Under the pieces are notes generated by a model, which was given only the letters and a program-made list of their open reading frames with translations, ran no database searches and was not told where the DNA came from. From a virus, in IMG/VR virus record IMGVR_UViG_3300027749_000073, positions 1 through 64,000 of that record: a stretch of 64,000 bases of DNA. The stretch is one strand, 5' to 3'. Position numbers and translations under genes: made by a program. This document shows positions 10,333 to 18,553 of the stretch, piece after piece (position 1 is the first letter of the stretch; each line of letters starts with the position of its first letter).

Positions 10333-11256
10333 TTAAATATATCCTACGCCACTATTTAAATAACCACCAGTAACAAACATATCTAAACTAAATTTACGAA
10401 TACTATCCCTACTATAGACAGGCTGAAGAGTAATGCTAAACGAACTCTTAGTCGGAACTCGAGTTGTTCCGCCGCTAGTAGTACCGCCTAGTCCAAACGT
10501 GTTTAATGCACTTGCTGCTAGTCCTACTCCGCCTGCAAGTCCTGTAATTGCATTTGCGACACCTGCAGCTCCTGCAATTGTGCCGCCTACTGAACTAGCA
10601 AGTCCGCCTACTGATCCTGCAATGCCTGCAATTTCTCCTGCAAGGCTACCTGAAACTTTTACAGGGATATAGTCGCATTCTTCGTTCAATGTTAAATCAA
10701 ATGAAGTGATAACCACTGGTACATTTTTAAAAACATAGCCGCCGTATCCGTTTAAATATACAATCGGAGGAGGATTACCCGCTTTCGGATCATATCCCGA
10801 GAACATTTTAGTTGCTGATCTAAGATAATGAAGAACTGCTAGCCAATATGCTGCTTGTACAGGATCTTCAACATGCATTGGGGCAGTGATTGAAATTTTT
10901 CCCGGGTCACTATGTTGATAAGCTTGAAAACCATAGTTTGAATGCGTTGTCGGGACTGGTGAATATGATGCAGTTTGTTGTATTTTAATCACTGGAGTGT
11001 AAGGAAAAACTAACCCACCTGCAGCCTTAAGCGGAGCAAGCACCGAACTTGATCTAAAGCTTATCCATGTTGGTAAACTTAGTCTAACTCTCCAGTCATT
11101 TGAATTGCCATCACTGAATGCAGCAACGGCGCTTAGAATATCACCAACTGCTTCGCCTGCGCGAGGTAAATCCTTAGACCGTAGGGCACTTAAGAAGTTC
11201 CCGCCTGCGGCTAACCCCGATGCTGCTGCGCCTATTTGACTCGATATATCTGCCAT
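10333..11256 (-). CDS. Baseplate/tail-tube initiator (gp48/gp54-like)
   Basis: GLVFPYTP..., GNPPPIVYLNGYG.YVF.NVPVVITSF tube-initiator-like motif; baseplate context. Confidence 0.6.
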   Translation of the reverse strand: MADISSQIGAAASGLAAGGNFLSALRSKDLPRAGEAVGDILSAVAAFSDGNSNDWRVRLSLPTWISFRSSSVLAPLKAAGGLVFPYTPVIKIQQTASYSPVPTTHSNYGFQAYQHSDPGKISITAPMHVEDPVQAAYWLAVLHYLRSATKMFSGYDPKAGNPPPIVYLNGYGGYVFKNVPVVITSFDLTLNEECDYIPVKVSGSLAGEIAGIAGSVGGLASSVGGTIAGAAGVANAITGLAGGVGLAASALNTFGLGGTTSGGTTRVPTKSSFSITLQPVYSRDSIRKFSLDMFVTGGYLNSGVGYI

Positions 11257-11280
11257 AACTATTCTTCCTTTTTGGTATAA

Positions 11281-11286
11281 TATTTA
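11281..11286 (-). promoter_or_regulatory. Late promoter (TAAATA) for the baseplate operon
   Basis: TAAATA on the - strand 25 nt upstream of ATG 11256, followed by an AAGGA SD. Confidence 0.6.
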
Positions 11287-11287
11287 G

Positions 11288-11316
11288 TTGACTTTTTAAT
11301 GTGCGTAGTTTATAAT
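11288..11316 (+). promoter_or_regulatory. Sigma70-type early/middle promoter
   Basis: TTGACT-17 nt-TATAAT, then SD AAGGAG before ATG 11339. Confidence 0.8.
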
Positions 11317-11338
11317 ATGAATACATAAGGAGTTTTAA

Positions 11339-12169
11339 ATGCTTACACCCAAAGTAAATTACCTAAATAACAAGGATATGTTATTAGAAATACACAGATC
11401 AAAAAGTTCATACTGCGTTTTTACTGATCCATCATACCATCAATACGATCTAATACTTCCTAGTTTGGATAAAATTAATATTAGAACACTAGCACAAGCA
11501 AAACGAAATCAAGCAAAACGTATAGGCGATGCCGAATATGCCAAAAGAAAAGCACTAGGTGAAAAAGTCAAGCAAGCAGAGTGCGAACACGATTACAAAA
11601 AAGTCACAAAACTTGATATAGTCTTTAGGGTCATGTCATATGACCACATTCCAATGGCGTTCGGCCGTAAGAAGAATCCAAAAACAGAAGCAGACAAGCA
11701 TGAAAAAGTAAATTTTCCTCCATTTCAACATTGGAAATACAACGAAAACGACGAATTAGTGTGTGTAGGTAAAAGTCATTGGAAGGGTGATTTAGAAACT
11801 GGTGAATTCAATAAGCACGCAGGGAAAATTTCCGATACTCTTGCACGTATGATGTTAAAACTATGTGAAAGATATGCAACTAGAGGAAATGTACGCGGTT
11901 ATACCTATAATGACGAAATGAAAGGTCAAGCAATTCTGCAGTTAACTCAAATTGGCTTACAATTTGACGAATCAAAATCGGATAATCCATTTGCATACTT
12001 TACAGCAGCAGTAACCAATTCTTTTGTTAGAGTTATTAACATAGAAAAAAGAAATCAAAACATACGCGATGATATTCTTGAAATGAACGGATTAAATCCT
12101 TCTTATACTAGAACAAGTGCAGGTGAGTTTGAAGCAGCACAAAGACGGCATAACGAGGATACAGAATGA
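11339..12169 (+). CDS. Late-transcription sigma factor (T4 gp55-like)
   Basis: NYLNNKD..; RGYTYNDEM...QFDESKSDNPFAYFT..NSFVRVINIEKR signature; directly upstream of gp47/gp46 as in T4. Confidence 0.85.
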   Translation: MLTPKVNYLNNKDMLLEIHRSKSSYCVFTDPSYHQYDLILPSLDKINIRTLAQAKRNQAKRIGDAEYAKRKALGEKVKQAECEHDYKKVTKLDIVFRVMSYDHIPMAFGRKKNPKTEADKHEKVNFPPFQHWKYNENDELVCVGKSHWKGDLETGEFNKHAGKISDTLARMMLKLCERYATRGNVRGYTYNDEMKGQAILQLTQIGLQFDESKSDNPFAYFTAAVTNSFVRVINIEKRNQNIRDDILEMNGLNPSYTRTSAGEFEAAQRRHNEDTE

Positions 12170-12387
12170 TAGAAATTAGCTTACTAGATCCAAGAGTATC
12201 AGCAGCAGTGAGATTAATAAAAGACTCAGGGTGTAAAGAAGAAGAAATTGCAGTCGATTACTTATTCGAAAACAAGTATCATTGCAAAATAGAGTGCAAT
12301 GACCCGTGGGATATTCAAGGTAAAGTGATATTTTCTGAAGAAAAGTATGCGAACTGGTTTATATTACAGTTTGGAGTAGGTAGTTAA
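12166..12387 (+). CDS. Hypothetical protein
   Basis: 73 aa, ATGA overlap with gp55, ends in a ..WFILQF motif. Confidence 0.6.
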   Translation: MIEISLLDPRVSAAVRLIKDSGCKEEEIAVDYLFENKYHCKIECNDPWDIQGKVIFSEEKYANWFILQFGVGS

Positions 12388-12422
12388 GAGATCCGTTAGT
12401 GGATTGTAGATAAAAGGAACAA

Positions 12423-13436
12423 ATGGGGAACTTATTTAAGAAGGTAGCAGTATTTACAGATTTGCATTTAGGATTAAAGTCTAACTCGCAAACACATAAT
12501 CAAGATTGCGAAGAATTTATAGACTGGTTTATAGAAAGAGCAAAAGAACACGGATGCGAGACCGGAATGTTTTTAGGTGATTACCACCATAATAGAAATA
12601 CATTAAATGTAGTAACTATGGCTTATTCGTTAAGAATATTAGAAAAACTAGGAAAAGCATTTGATAACTTCTACTACTTCCCAGGAAACCATGATTTATA
12701 CTACAGAGATAAGCGAGATATTCATTCTGTAGAGTTTGGAAAGTATATTCCGGGCATTACAGTAATTGATCACCCTACAACTATCGGTAATGTAACACTG
12801 TGCCCATGGTTAGTAGGAGATGAATGGAAAACAATTGGTAAGAAAGGCGGCAAATATATCTTTGGACACTTTGAATTACCTAATTTCTTTATGAATGCAA
12901 TGGTACAAATGCCAGATCACGGTGAAATACAAGTAGATCACTTTAACAAGTACGAATTAGGGTTCAGCGGGCACTTTCATAAACGTCAACAACGTCAAAA
13001 CATTCATTATATCGGAAATGCGTTCCCGCATAACTATGCAGATGCATGGGATGACGATAGAGGCATGATGATCATGGAGTGGGACGGCCAGCCTGAATAC
13101 ATTGCTTGGCCAAACCAACCTACATTTAGAACATTGAAGTTAAGTAGACTAATAGACGAAGCAGATACCTTGCTAAAGCCAAAGCAGCACCTAAGAGTAG
13201 TATTAGATATTGATATTACCTACGAAGAAGCAAGTTTTATCAAAGAAAAGTTTATTGCAGACTATAATCTAAGAGAAATAACACTGATAGCCGAAAAAAG
13301 GGTAATCGAAATAAGCCAAGAGATCGATATTCAGCAATTTGAGAGTATCGATGAAATTGTGTCCAATCAGATTGTAAGTATTGACTCAGACATGTATAAT
13401 AAAAACACATTACTATCGATCTATAGCAACCTATGA
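12423..13436 (+). CDS. Recombination endonuclease subunit (gp47/Mre11/SbcD)
   Basis: Metallophosphoesterase motifs DLHLG, GDYHH, GNHD, GHFE, SGHFH. Confidence 0.93.
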   Translation: MGNLFKKVAVFTDLHLGLKSNSQTHNQDCEEFIDWFIERAKEHGCETGMFLGDYHHNRNTLNVVTMAYSLRILEKLGKAFDNFYYFPGNHDLYYRDKRDIHSVEFGKYIPGITVIDHPTTIGNVTLCPWLVGDEWKTIGKKGGKYIFGHFELPNFFMNAMVQMPDHGEIQVDHFNKYELGFSGHFHKRQQRQNIHYIGNAFPHNYADAWDDDRGMMIMEWDGQPEYIAWPNQPTFRTLKLSRLIDEADTLLKPKQHLRVVLDIDITYEEASFIKEKFIADYNLREITLIAEKRVIEISQEIDIQQFESIDEIVSNQIVSIDSDMYNKNTLLSIYSNL

Positions 13437-15208
13437 AGTTAAAAACAATAACAGCAAAAAATTTCTTATCAATCGGAAATCAAACACAGGGAATCGACCT
13501 AACTGCTAGTAATATGACACTAGTACTAGGCGAAAACCTAGACATGGGTGGAGATGATAACGGTAGCAGAAACGGTGTGGGTAAAACTGCACTGTTAAAT
13601 GCAATTAGCTATGCGTTATATGGTACTGCACTTACAAATATCAAGAAAGATAACTTGATTAATAAAATTAACAACAAAAACATGTTAGTTACGCTTTCGT
13701 TTGAAAAAGACGGTACTGAATATCGTATCGAGCGAGGACGTAAACCTACTATTTTTAAGTTTTATGTTAATGACATAGTGCAGGACTCAACAGAAGTTGA
13801 CGACGCCCAGGGCGATATGCGAGAAACACAAAAAGAATTACACGCTCTCTTAGGTATGAGTCACGACATGTTTAAACATATCGTAGCGTTGAATACCTAC
13901 ACCGAACCGTTTCTTGCGTTACGCGCTAACGATCAACGAGAAATTATCGAACAATTATTGGGTATTACGTTACTAAGTGAAAAAGCAGAGAAGCTCAAAG
14001 AGCAAATACGTCAATCTAAAGACAGTATTAGCCAAGCAACTGCAAATATTGAAGCAACTAAAAAAGCAAATGAGAAAATCCAACAAAGTATTAACACATT
14101 AACCTTGCGGCAAACTGCATGGAACTCTCAAAATGAGTTAGACGTTGAAAAAATTGCACGAGCAATCGTTGAATTAGAAAGCGTCAACATCGAACTTGAG
14201 ATTTCTAACCATTCTCAATTAAAAGAATACTTAGAACAACGTGCAAAAATAGCAAGTCTAAACAAAGAAAAAGCAACTTTAGAGTCTGCAATAGCACAGG
14301 CTCTTAAAACTCGTGACAAATATACAAAAGAAGTTGCTGCCTTAGGAAATAAAAAATGCCACGCTTGTGATCAAGAGCTGCACGACCATAAACATGAAGA
14401 ATTATTAGCACTAGCCAATCAACATTTAGCCGAATCACAGCAGTATCACGATAAAGTTGAAGTTAATTATACTAAAATCTGTGATGAACTAACTGGATTT
14501 ACTGTAATTAACGTACGTCCAGACACATATTATGACACGGTTGAACAAGCATTAACTCATCAAAACAACTTACAGACATTAGAAACACAATTATTAATCA
14601 AAGCAGCTGAGACAGATCCATATCAAGAGCAGATTGACGAGCTTAACAACACTGCTATGCAAGAAATTACATGGGACGAAATCAATAGTTTAACCACTGT
14701 TAAAGATCATCAGGAGTTTTTACTTAAACTGCTAACCAATAAAGATAGTTTCATCCGTAAAAAGATCATCGACCAAAACCTTGCATACTTAAACAACAGA
14801 CTTACGTATTATCTCGATAAGATGGGATTGCCGCACACCGTAGTGTTCCAAAATGATCTTAACGTTGAAATTACGCAGTTAGGGCAGGACTTAGACTTTG
14901 ATAACTTGTCTAGAGGCGAACGTAACAGATTAATTTTAGGTCTGTCGTGGGCGTTCCGTGATGTATGGGAAAGTTTATATCAACCAATTAATTTATTGTT
15001 TGTTGATGAATTAATCGATAACGGATTAGATGCAAGCGGAATCGAAAATGCACTAGCAGTACTTAAGAAAATGGCGCGAGAGCGTAATAAAAACATCTTT
15101 TTGATAAGTCATAAAGATGAATTAGTAGGACGAGTTTCTAACGTGTTAAAAGTAATAAAAGAAAACGGATTTACATCATTTGCAACTGATTTGGAGATCA
15201 GCGAATGA
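13433..15208 (+). CDS. Recombination ATPase subunit (gp46/Rad50/SbcC)
   Basis: Walker A NGVGKT, coiled coils, CHAC zinc hook, LSRGE signature, Walker B LLFVDE, ISH. Confidence 0.95.
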   Translation: MKLKTITAKNFLSIGNQTQGIDLTASNMTLVLGENLDMGGDDNGSRNGVGKTALLNAISYALYGTALTNIKKDNLINKINNKNMLVTLSFEKDGTEYRIERGRKPTIFKFYVNDIVQDSTEVDDAQGDMRETQKELHALLGMSHDMFKHIVALNTYTEPFLALRANDQREIIEQLLGITLLSEKAEKLKEQIRQSKDSISQATANIEATKKANEKIQQSINTLTLRQTAWNSQNELDVEKIARAIVELESVNIELEISNHSQLKEYLEQRAKIASLNKEKATLESAIAQALKTRDKYTKEVAALGNKKCHACDQELHDHKHEELLALANQHLAESQQYHDKVEVNYTKICDELTGFTVINVRPDTYYDTVEQALTHQNNLQTLETQLLIKAAETDPYQEQIDELNNTAMQEITWDEINSLTTVKDHQEFLLKLLTNKDSFIRKKIIDQNLAYLNNRLTYYLDKMGLPHTVVFQNDLNVEITQLGQDLDFDNLSRGERNRLILGLSWAFRDVWESLYQPINLLFVDELIDNGLDASGIENALAVLKKMARERNKNIFLISHKDELVGRVSNVLKVIKENGFTSFATDLEISE

Positions 15209-15486
15209 TGCCCAACGAAGAACTCCACGACGAGTTAATGTTAGCTCTTAGGGAGTACTTCAAAGCAAACCAACAGTGGGCAACATTGCGGACAAGAAGG
15301 TCCGCAATTAACTTGCGTCATTGGTTAAATGAAATTAGGAGACTGTGTCACTTGCAACGCATAGTAGTACAAGACTGGCGTTACGAAACATTTTCTCCTC
15401 TTAGGCCAAGTAAAAGAGCAAAAAACTTAATAGACAAAAAGGCAAATCAAAACGGCAGTGGCTCAGATGATAGCGATGCTAACTAA
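15205..15486 (+). CDS. Hypothetical basic protein
   Basis: 93 aa, overlaps the gp46 stop, Arg/Lys-rich. Confidence 0.65.
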   Translation: MMPNEELHDELMLALREYFKANQQWATLRTRRSAINLRHWLNEIRRLCHLQRIVVQDWRYETFSPLRPSKRAKNLIDKKANQNGSGSDDSDAN

Positions 15487-15491
15487 TATAC

Positions 15492-16013
15492 ATGAGTTCG
15501 AAAAGTAAAAACAAAGGAAAAAGTTGGGAAAATGATGTTGCAAAACATCTATCAGCTCTCTACAACGAGAGCTTTATACGTGTCCCTTTTAGCGGTGCTT
15601 ACATTGGTGGCAAGAATTCTGTTCGTAAAGATTTTTTGCACGAAGGCCAGATACGCGCAATGAAGGGTGACATTGTTCCTCCTGCAGATTGGAAACACTT
15701 TAATGTAGAGTGCAAATCATATGCAGAATTTCCATTCCATCAGTTGTTTACTGAAGGAAAAATTAATTTACTCGACTCGTGGATTTCACAAACACTTGAT
15801 GTTGCCGACCAAGGCGACTTCAATATCATTATCATGAAGTTTAACCGCAAAGGCGCTTATATAGCATTTGAATATAAACACATCAACACACTGCAAACAC
15901 ACAGGCACATCAAATATACATCAGAAAAACACGGAGACTGGGCATTTACCAGCTTTGAAGATTTTTGGCAATTAAACAAAGACGAAATTAAAAACCTTTC
16001 ACTAGGCAAATAA
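15492..16013 (+). CDS. PD-(D/E)XK nuclease, Holliday-junction-resolvase-like
   Basis: SKNKGKSWE..VA, SGA..GG, GDI, VECK motifs of Hjc-like resolvases. Confidence 0.75.
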   Translation: MSSKSKNKGKSWENDVAKHLSALYNESFIRVPFSGAYIGGKNSVRKDFLHEGQIRAMKGDIVPPADWKHFNVECKSYAEFPFHQLFTEGKINLLDSWISQTLDVADQGDFNIIIMKFNRKGAYIAFEYKHINTLQTHRHIKYTSEKHGDWAFTSFEDFWQLNKDEIKNLSLGK

Positions 16014-16390
16014 TACAGTAATGGCTTGCACCGGCTAACTTCGGGTGCCTATGAAAACAGGACTAACAGTCACTGGGACGGAAATCTCTGCTGTACAGAG
16101 TACTCAATCACTATCCTTAACAGGACGACGATCGGATATGCCTAATAAACCGGTTTGATTGTTTTAAGAAAAAAGATTTAAAAAAGGCTAAAAGAAGGGA
16201 CTGTGTTCCCTACGTTTGTAAGTATGTTAGCGTATATTTGCAAGCCGCCGTCAGATAAAGACGCAACTCGAGGTACCGGCTGACCGCCTCTGTAATGTTG
16301 TAACGCTAAGTGACAAAGGTCCACTCAGATAATGTCATCTTTGCCCTGCCTGGGCAAAGTGTGAGCGATCCATCTAGATAATATCTAAAA
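16014..16390 (+). ncRNA. Candidate large structured non-coding RNA
   Basis: No ORF of 60 aa or more. Ten or more local helices, some with G-U pairs, plus long-range complementarities (see findings). Confidence 0.55.
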
Positions 16391-16479
16391 GAACGTGCTT
16401 CGCACGCTATGCTATATTATATTAAGATAAAAGTGTTTGAGTGAAAACGAAAACACAGTTGAACGTAGTTCAACATTAA

Positions 16480-16485
16480 TAAATA
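16480..16485 (+). promoter_or_regulatory. Late promoter (TAAATA)
   Basis: TAAATA 23 nt upstream of ATG 16508. Confidence 0.6.
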
Positions 16486-16507
16486 AGCTTAATATGAGAT
16501 TATCACA

Positions 16508-17446
16508 ATGAAGATAAATGAAATAACAAAACAAAGCAATCAGTTAGATGAAGGGATATTAGCAAAGTTGTTTTCTCCTGTAGTAGGAAAGTTAGCAAAA
16601 TTTGTAAAAGGAAAACCTAAAACTGCTCAAGAAAGAAAATTTGCAAGAGATCTCGATACTGTTGCCAGTTATGCATCTAAAAAATTAAGTTCAGCTAAAA
16701 AGTTCATGACGACTATAGGTACGTGGGGTCTAAAAGGATCGATGTTGTATTCTGTATACACACCTCTAGACGACTATCTCAAAAATGTTGAGTACGGCCA
16801 ACAACAAGTTGAACAAGGTAGATGGACCGAAGAACAATTTAAACAATTTGAACAAAGCGAAATGGCTGCGTTAACTGGTAAATGGGCAGAGGCTTTTTTA
16901 GCAAATAAATTAACTAAACTTGGCTTTAAGCATGTGGTTAGACCAGTTCTTACCTTAGGCGGACAGTGGAAAGCACTCTCGGGATTAGTTGACGGCATGA
17001 GCCTTGCAGGACAAGCTGCTATGTTGCATTGGATTGCAAGTCCGGAAGGAGCAAAGCATGTTGCAAATTGGCTTGCTTATCAAATTGACATCCCAGTAAT
17101 AGGAAGTATAAGCGCAGGCGATGTAGCTGGAGCTACAGGTGAACTTGCAAAAAAAGCAATATTAGCTGCAGCAACTAATGCAGCTAAAATGATATCAGAT
17201 AAACCTGCAGACCCTACTGCTACTACAACGTCTCCAGAAAAACCTGCAACTACAGCTGATCCTAATTCAACTACTACTGCTACAGACAAACCAGTTGATC
17301 CAGCAGCAACTGCTAATACACAAACACCTGAAAAGCCAGTAGACAAAAAACCTGCAGTTGATTTTTCAAATGGAGATTGGGAATTTCATCGTCCTGGCTT
17401 TTTAAGAAATACAAAAACTGGTGAAATTAAACGTGGCGAAGCTTAG
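16508..17446 (+). CDS. Hypothetical late protein, possibly an internal head protein
   Basis: 312 aa, N-terminal MKINEI...LDEG, Pro/Thr/Ala-rich linker, late promoter. Confidence 0.7.
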   Translation: MKINEITKQSNQLDEGILAKLFSPVVGKLAKFVKGKPKTAQERKFARDLDTVASYASKKLSSAKKFMTTIGTWGLKGSMLYSVYTPLDDYLKNVEYGQQQVEQGRWTEEQFKQFEQSEMAALTGKWAEAFLANKLTKLGFKHVVRPVLTLGGQWKALSGLVDGMSLAGQAAMLHWIASPEGAKHVANWLAYQIDIPVIGSISAGDVAGATGELAKKAILAAATNAAKMISDKPADPTATTTSPEKPATTADPNSTTTATDKPVDPAATANTQTPEKPVDKKPAVDFSNGDWEFHRPGFLRNTKTGEIKRGEA

Positions 17447-17682
17447 AGTAACGGTAATCTAGTTTCTTTAGTTGCTTCTATATTGTCTTTAATCACAGAG
17501 TAAATCATTTCTCTATCCTCAAAACTATAATACATGAGGAGGTCATTCATGCTAATACCTCCTCGCATATACCAACTGATTCTAAATAATTCTAATTTAA
17601 ACTGTTTAATTTCATTATCAACCCTAATTAGATATTCTTTGATCTCGTCGTCGGATAATCTAATTAGGAGTTGACGAAAAAA
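17443..17682 (-). CDS. gp51-like baseplate/tail assembly ORF, probably reached by -1 frameshift from the gp26-like gene
   Basis: 80-codon frame FFRQLLIRLSDDEIKEYL...ISWYMRGGISMNDLL...EDREMIYSVIKDNIEATKETRLPLL*. It opens exactly at the T TTT TTC site and is absent from the ORF track. Confidence 0.75.
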   Translation of the reverse strand, partial: FFRQLLIRLSDDEIKEYLIRVDNEIKQFKLELFRISWYMRGGISMNDLLMYYSFEDREMIYSVIKDNIEATKETRLPLL

Positions 17683-18491
17683 TTAGATTGATCTAACTCA
17701 ACTGATACTTCAGTTTCAGTTCCACACTCGTCACATTTGATCGGAAATGCAGGTATCGCCCAAATTTTTCTATGCTTTTCGATCTGTGTCTTAATAGCAT
17801 CAATAACTTGCTTATCTGATTCTTCCAACCATTCTTGGATAAATCCTCGTTCAGTTACGATTGTGTCAGGCGTTTCGACACTGTCGATGCTAAGTGCAAA
17901 CGTATCTTTTTGCACCTGGGCAAGATCTTGCCATAGCTGATCGACTAAACGTTGTTGTTCTTCAGTATCTTCGATTTTTGATGCATGCGTTAATTTCTTT
18001 TGTAATTCAAAATGTTTTAAATTAAATTCTGTTGACTGTTTGTAGTTTAACGGCCGCAGTTTAATTACAAGGTTACCTAATACGATTTTATTATCATACT
18101 TTGCAGCATTAAAATGATCGATTACCTTGTTTAAATCTAACTCATAGTCATTTGTTGTCGAACATTTTTGGCAAGTGTGCGATACTCCGAGCGTGTCTCC
18201 AAATGTTGCAATTTTAATTGCAGCAAATATTAAATTTGAATCTAAAACCGATAGCTGCCATGCATCTGTTAATGCAGGAACACAACTTTCAATTACCTTA
18301 ACAATGCTTTCGCCTGTAAGTAACGCATCGGGTGTCTTAACAATAATTTCATCCATGCCAGTCATGCTGTAGACTGGCAGCGAGGTTACTTCGCCGTCGA
18401 TCGAGCCTGGCTTATTATACACACCTTTGCTAGGTAAGCTAATGTAAATCTTTGGTTGTCTAAAATATTGTTGTAATGGATTTCCTGCCAT
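17664..18491 (-). CDS. Baseplate hub assembly chaperone (T4 gp26-like)
   Basis: NPLQQYFRQPKIYISLPSKG, MTGMDEI, CQKC and CDEC Zn pairs, C-terminal NFF. Confidence 0.8.
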   Translation of the reverse strand: MAGNPLQQYFRQPKIYISLPSKGVYNKPGSIDGEVTSLPVYSMTGMDEIIVKTPDALLTGESIVKVIESCVPALTDAWQLSVLDSNLIFAAIKIATFGDTLGVSHTCQKCSTTNDYELDLNKVIDHFNAAKYDNKIVLGNLVIKLRPLNYKQSTEFNLKHFELQKKLTHASKIEDTEEQQRLVDQLWQDLAQVQKDTFALSIDSVETPDTIVTERGFIQEWLEESDKQVIDAIKTQIEKHRKIWAIPAFPIKCDECGTETEVSVELDQSNFFVNS

Positions 18492-18504
18492 GTTTATCTC
18501 CGGA

Positions 18505-18528
18505 TAAATATAATTAACGTTATTTATA
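18505..18528. promoter_or_regulatory. Pair of opposing late promoters (+ TAAATA 18505-18510; - TATAAATA 18521-18528)
   Basis: Both motifs lie in the 62-bp gap between the divergent gp26-like and tape-measure genes. Confidence 0.65.
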
Positions 18529-18553
18529 TACGCATATTTTTAGGATTTTTATT

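Noticed and set aside
16014-16390. Group I intron, tRNA or tmRNA
   Set aside because: No flanking gene appears interrupted. No P7/R-S core, T-loop GTTCRA/CCA end or tag reading frame was recognised.
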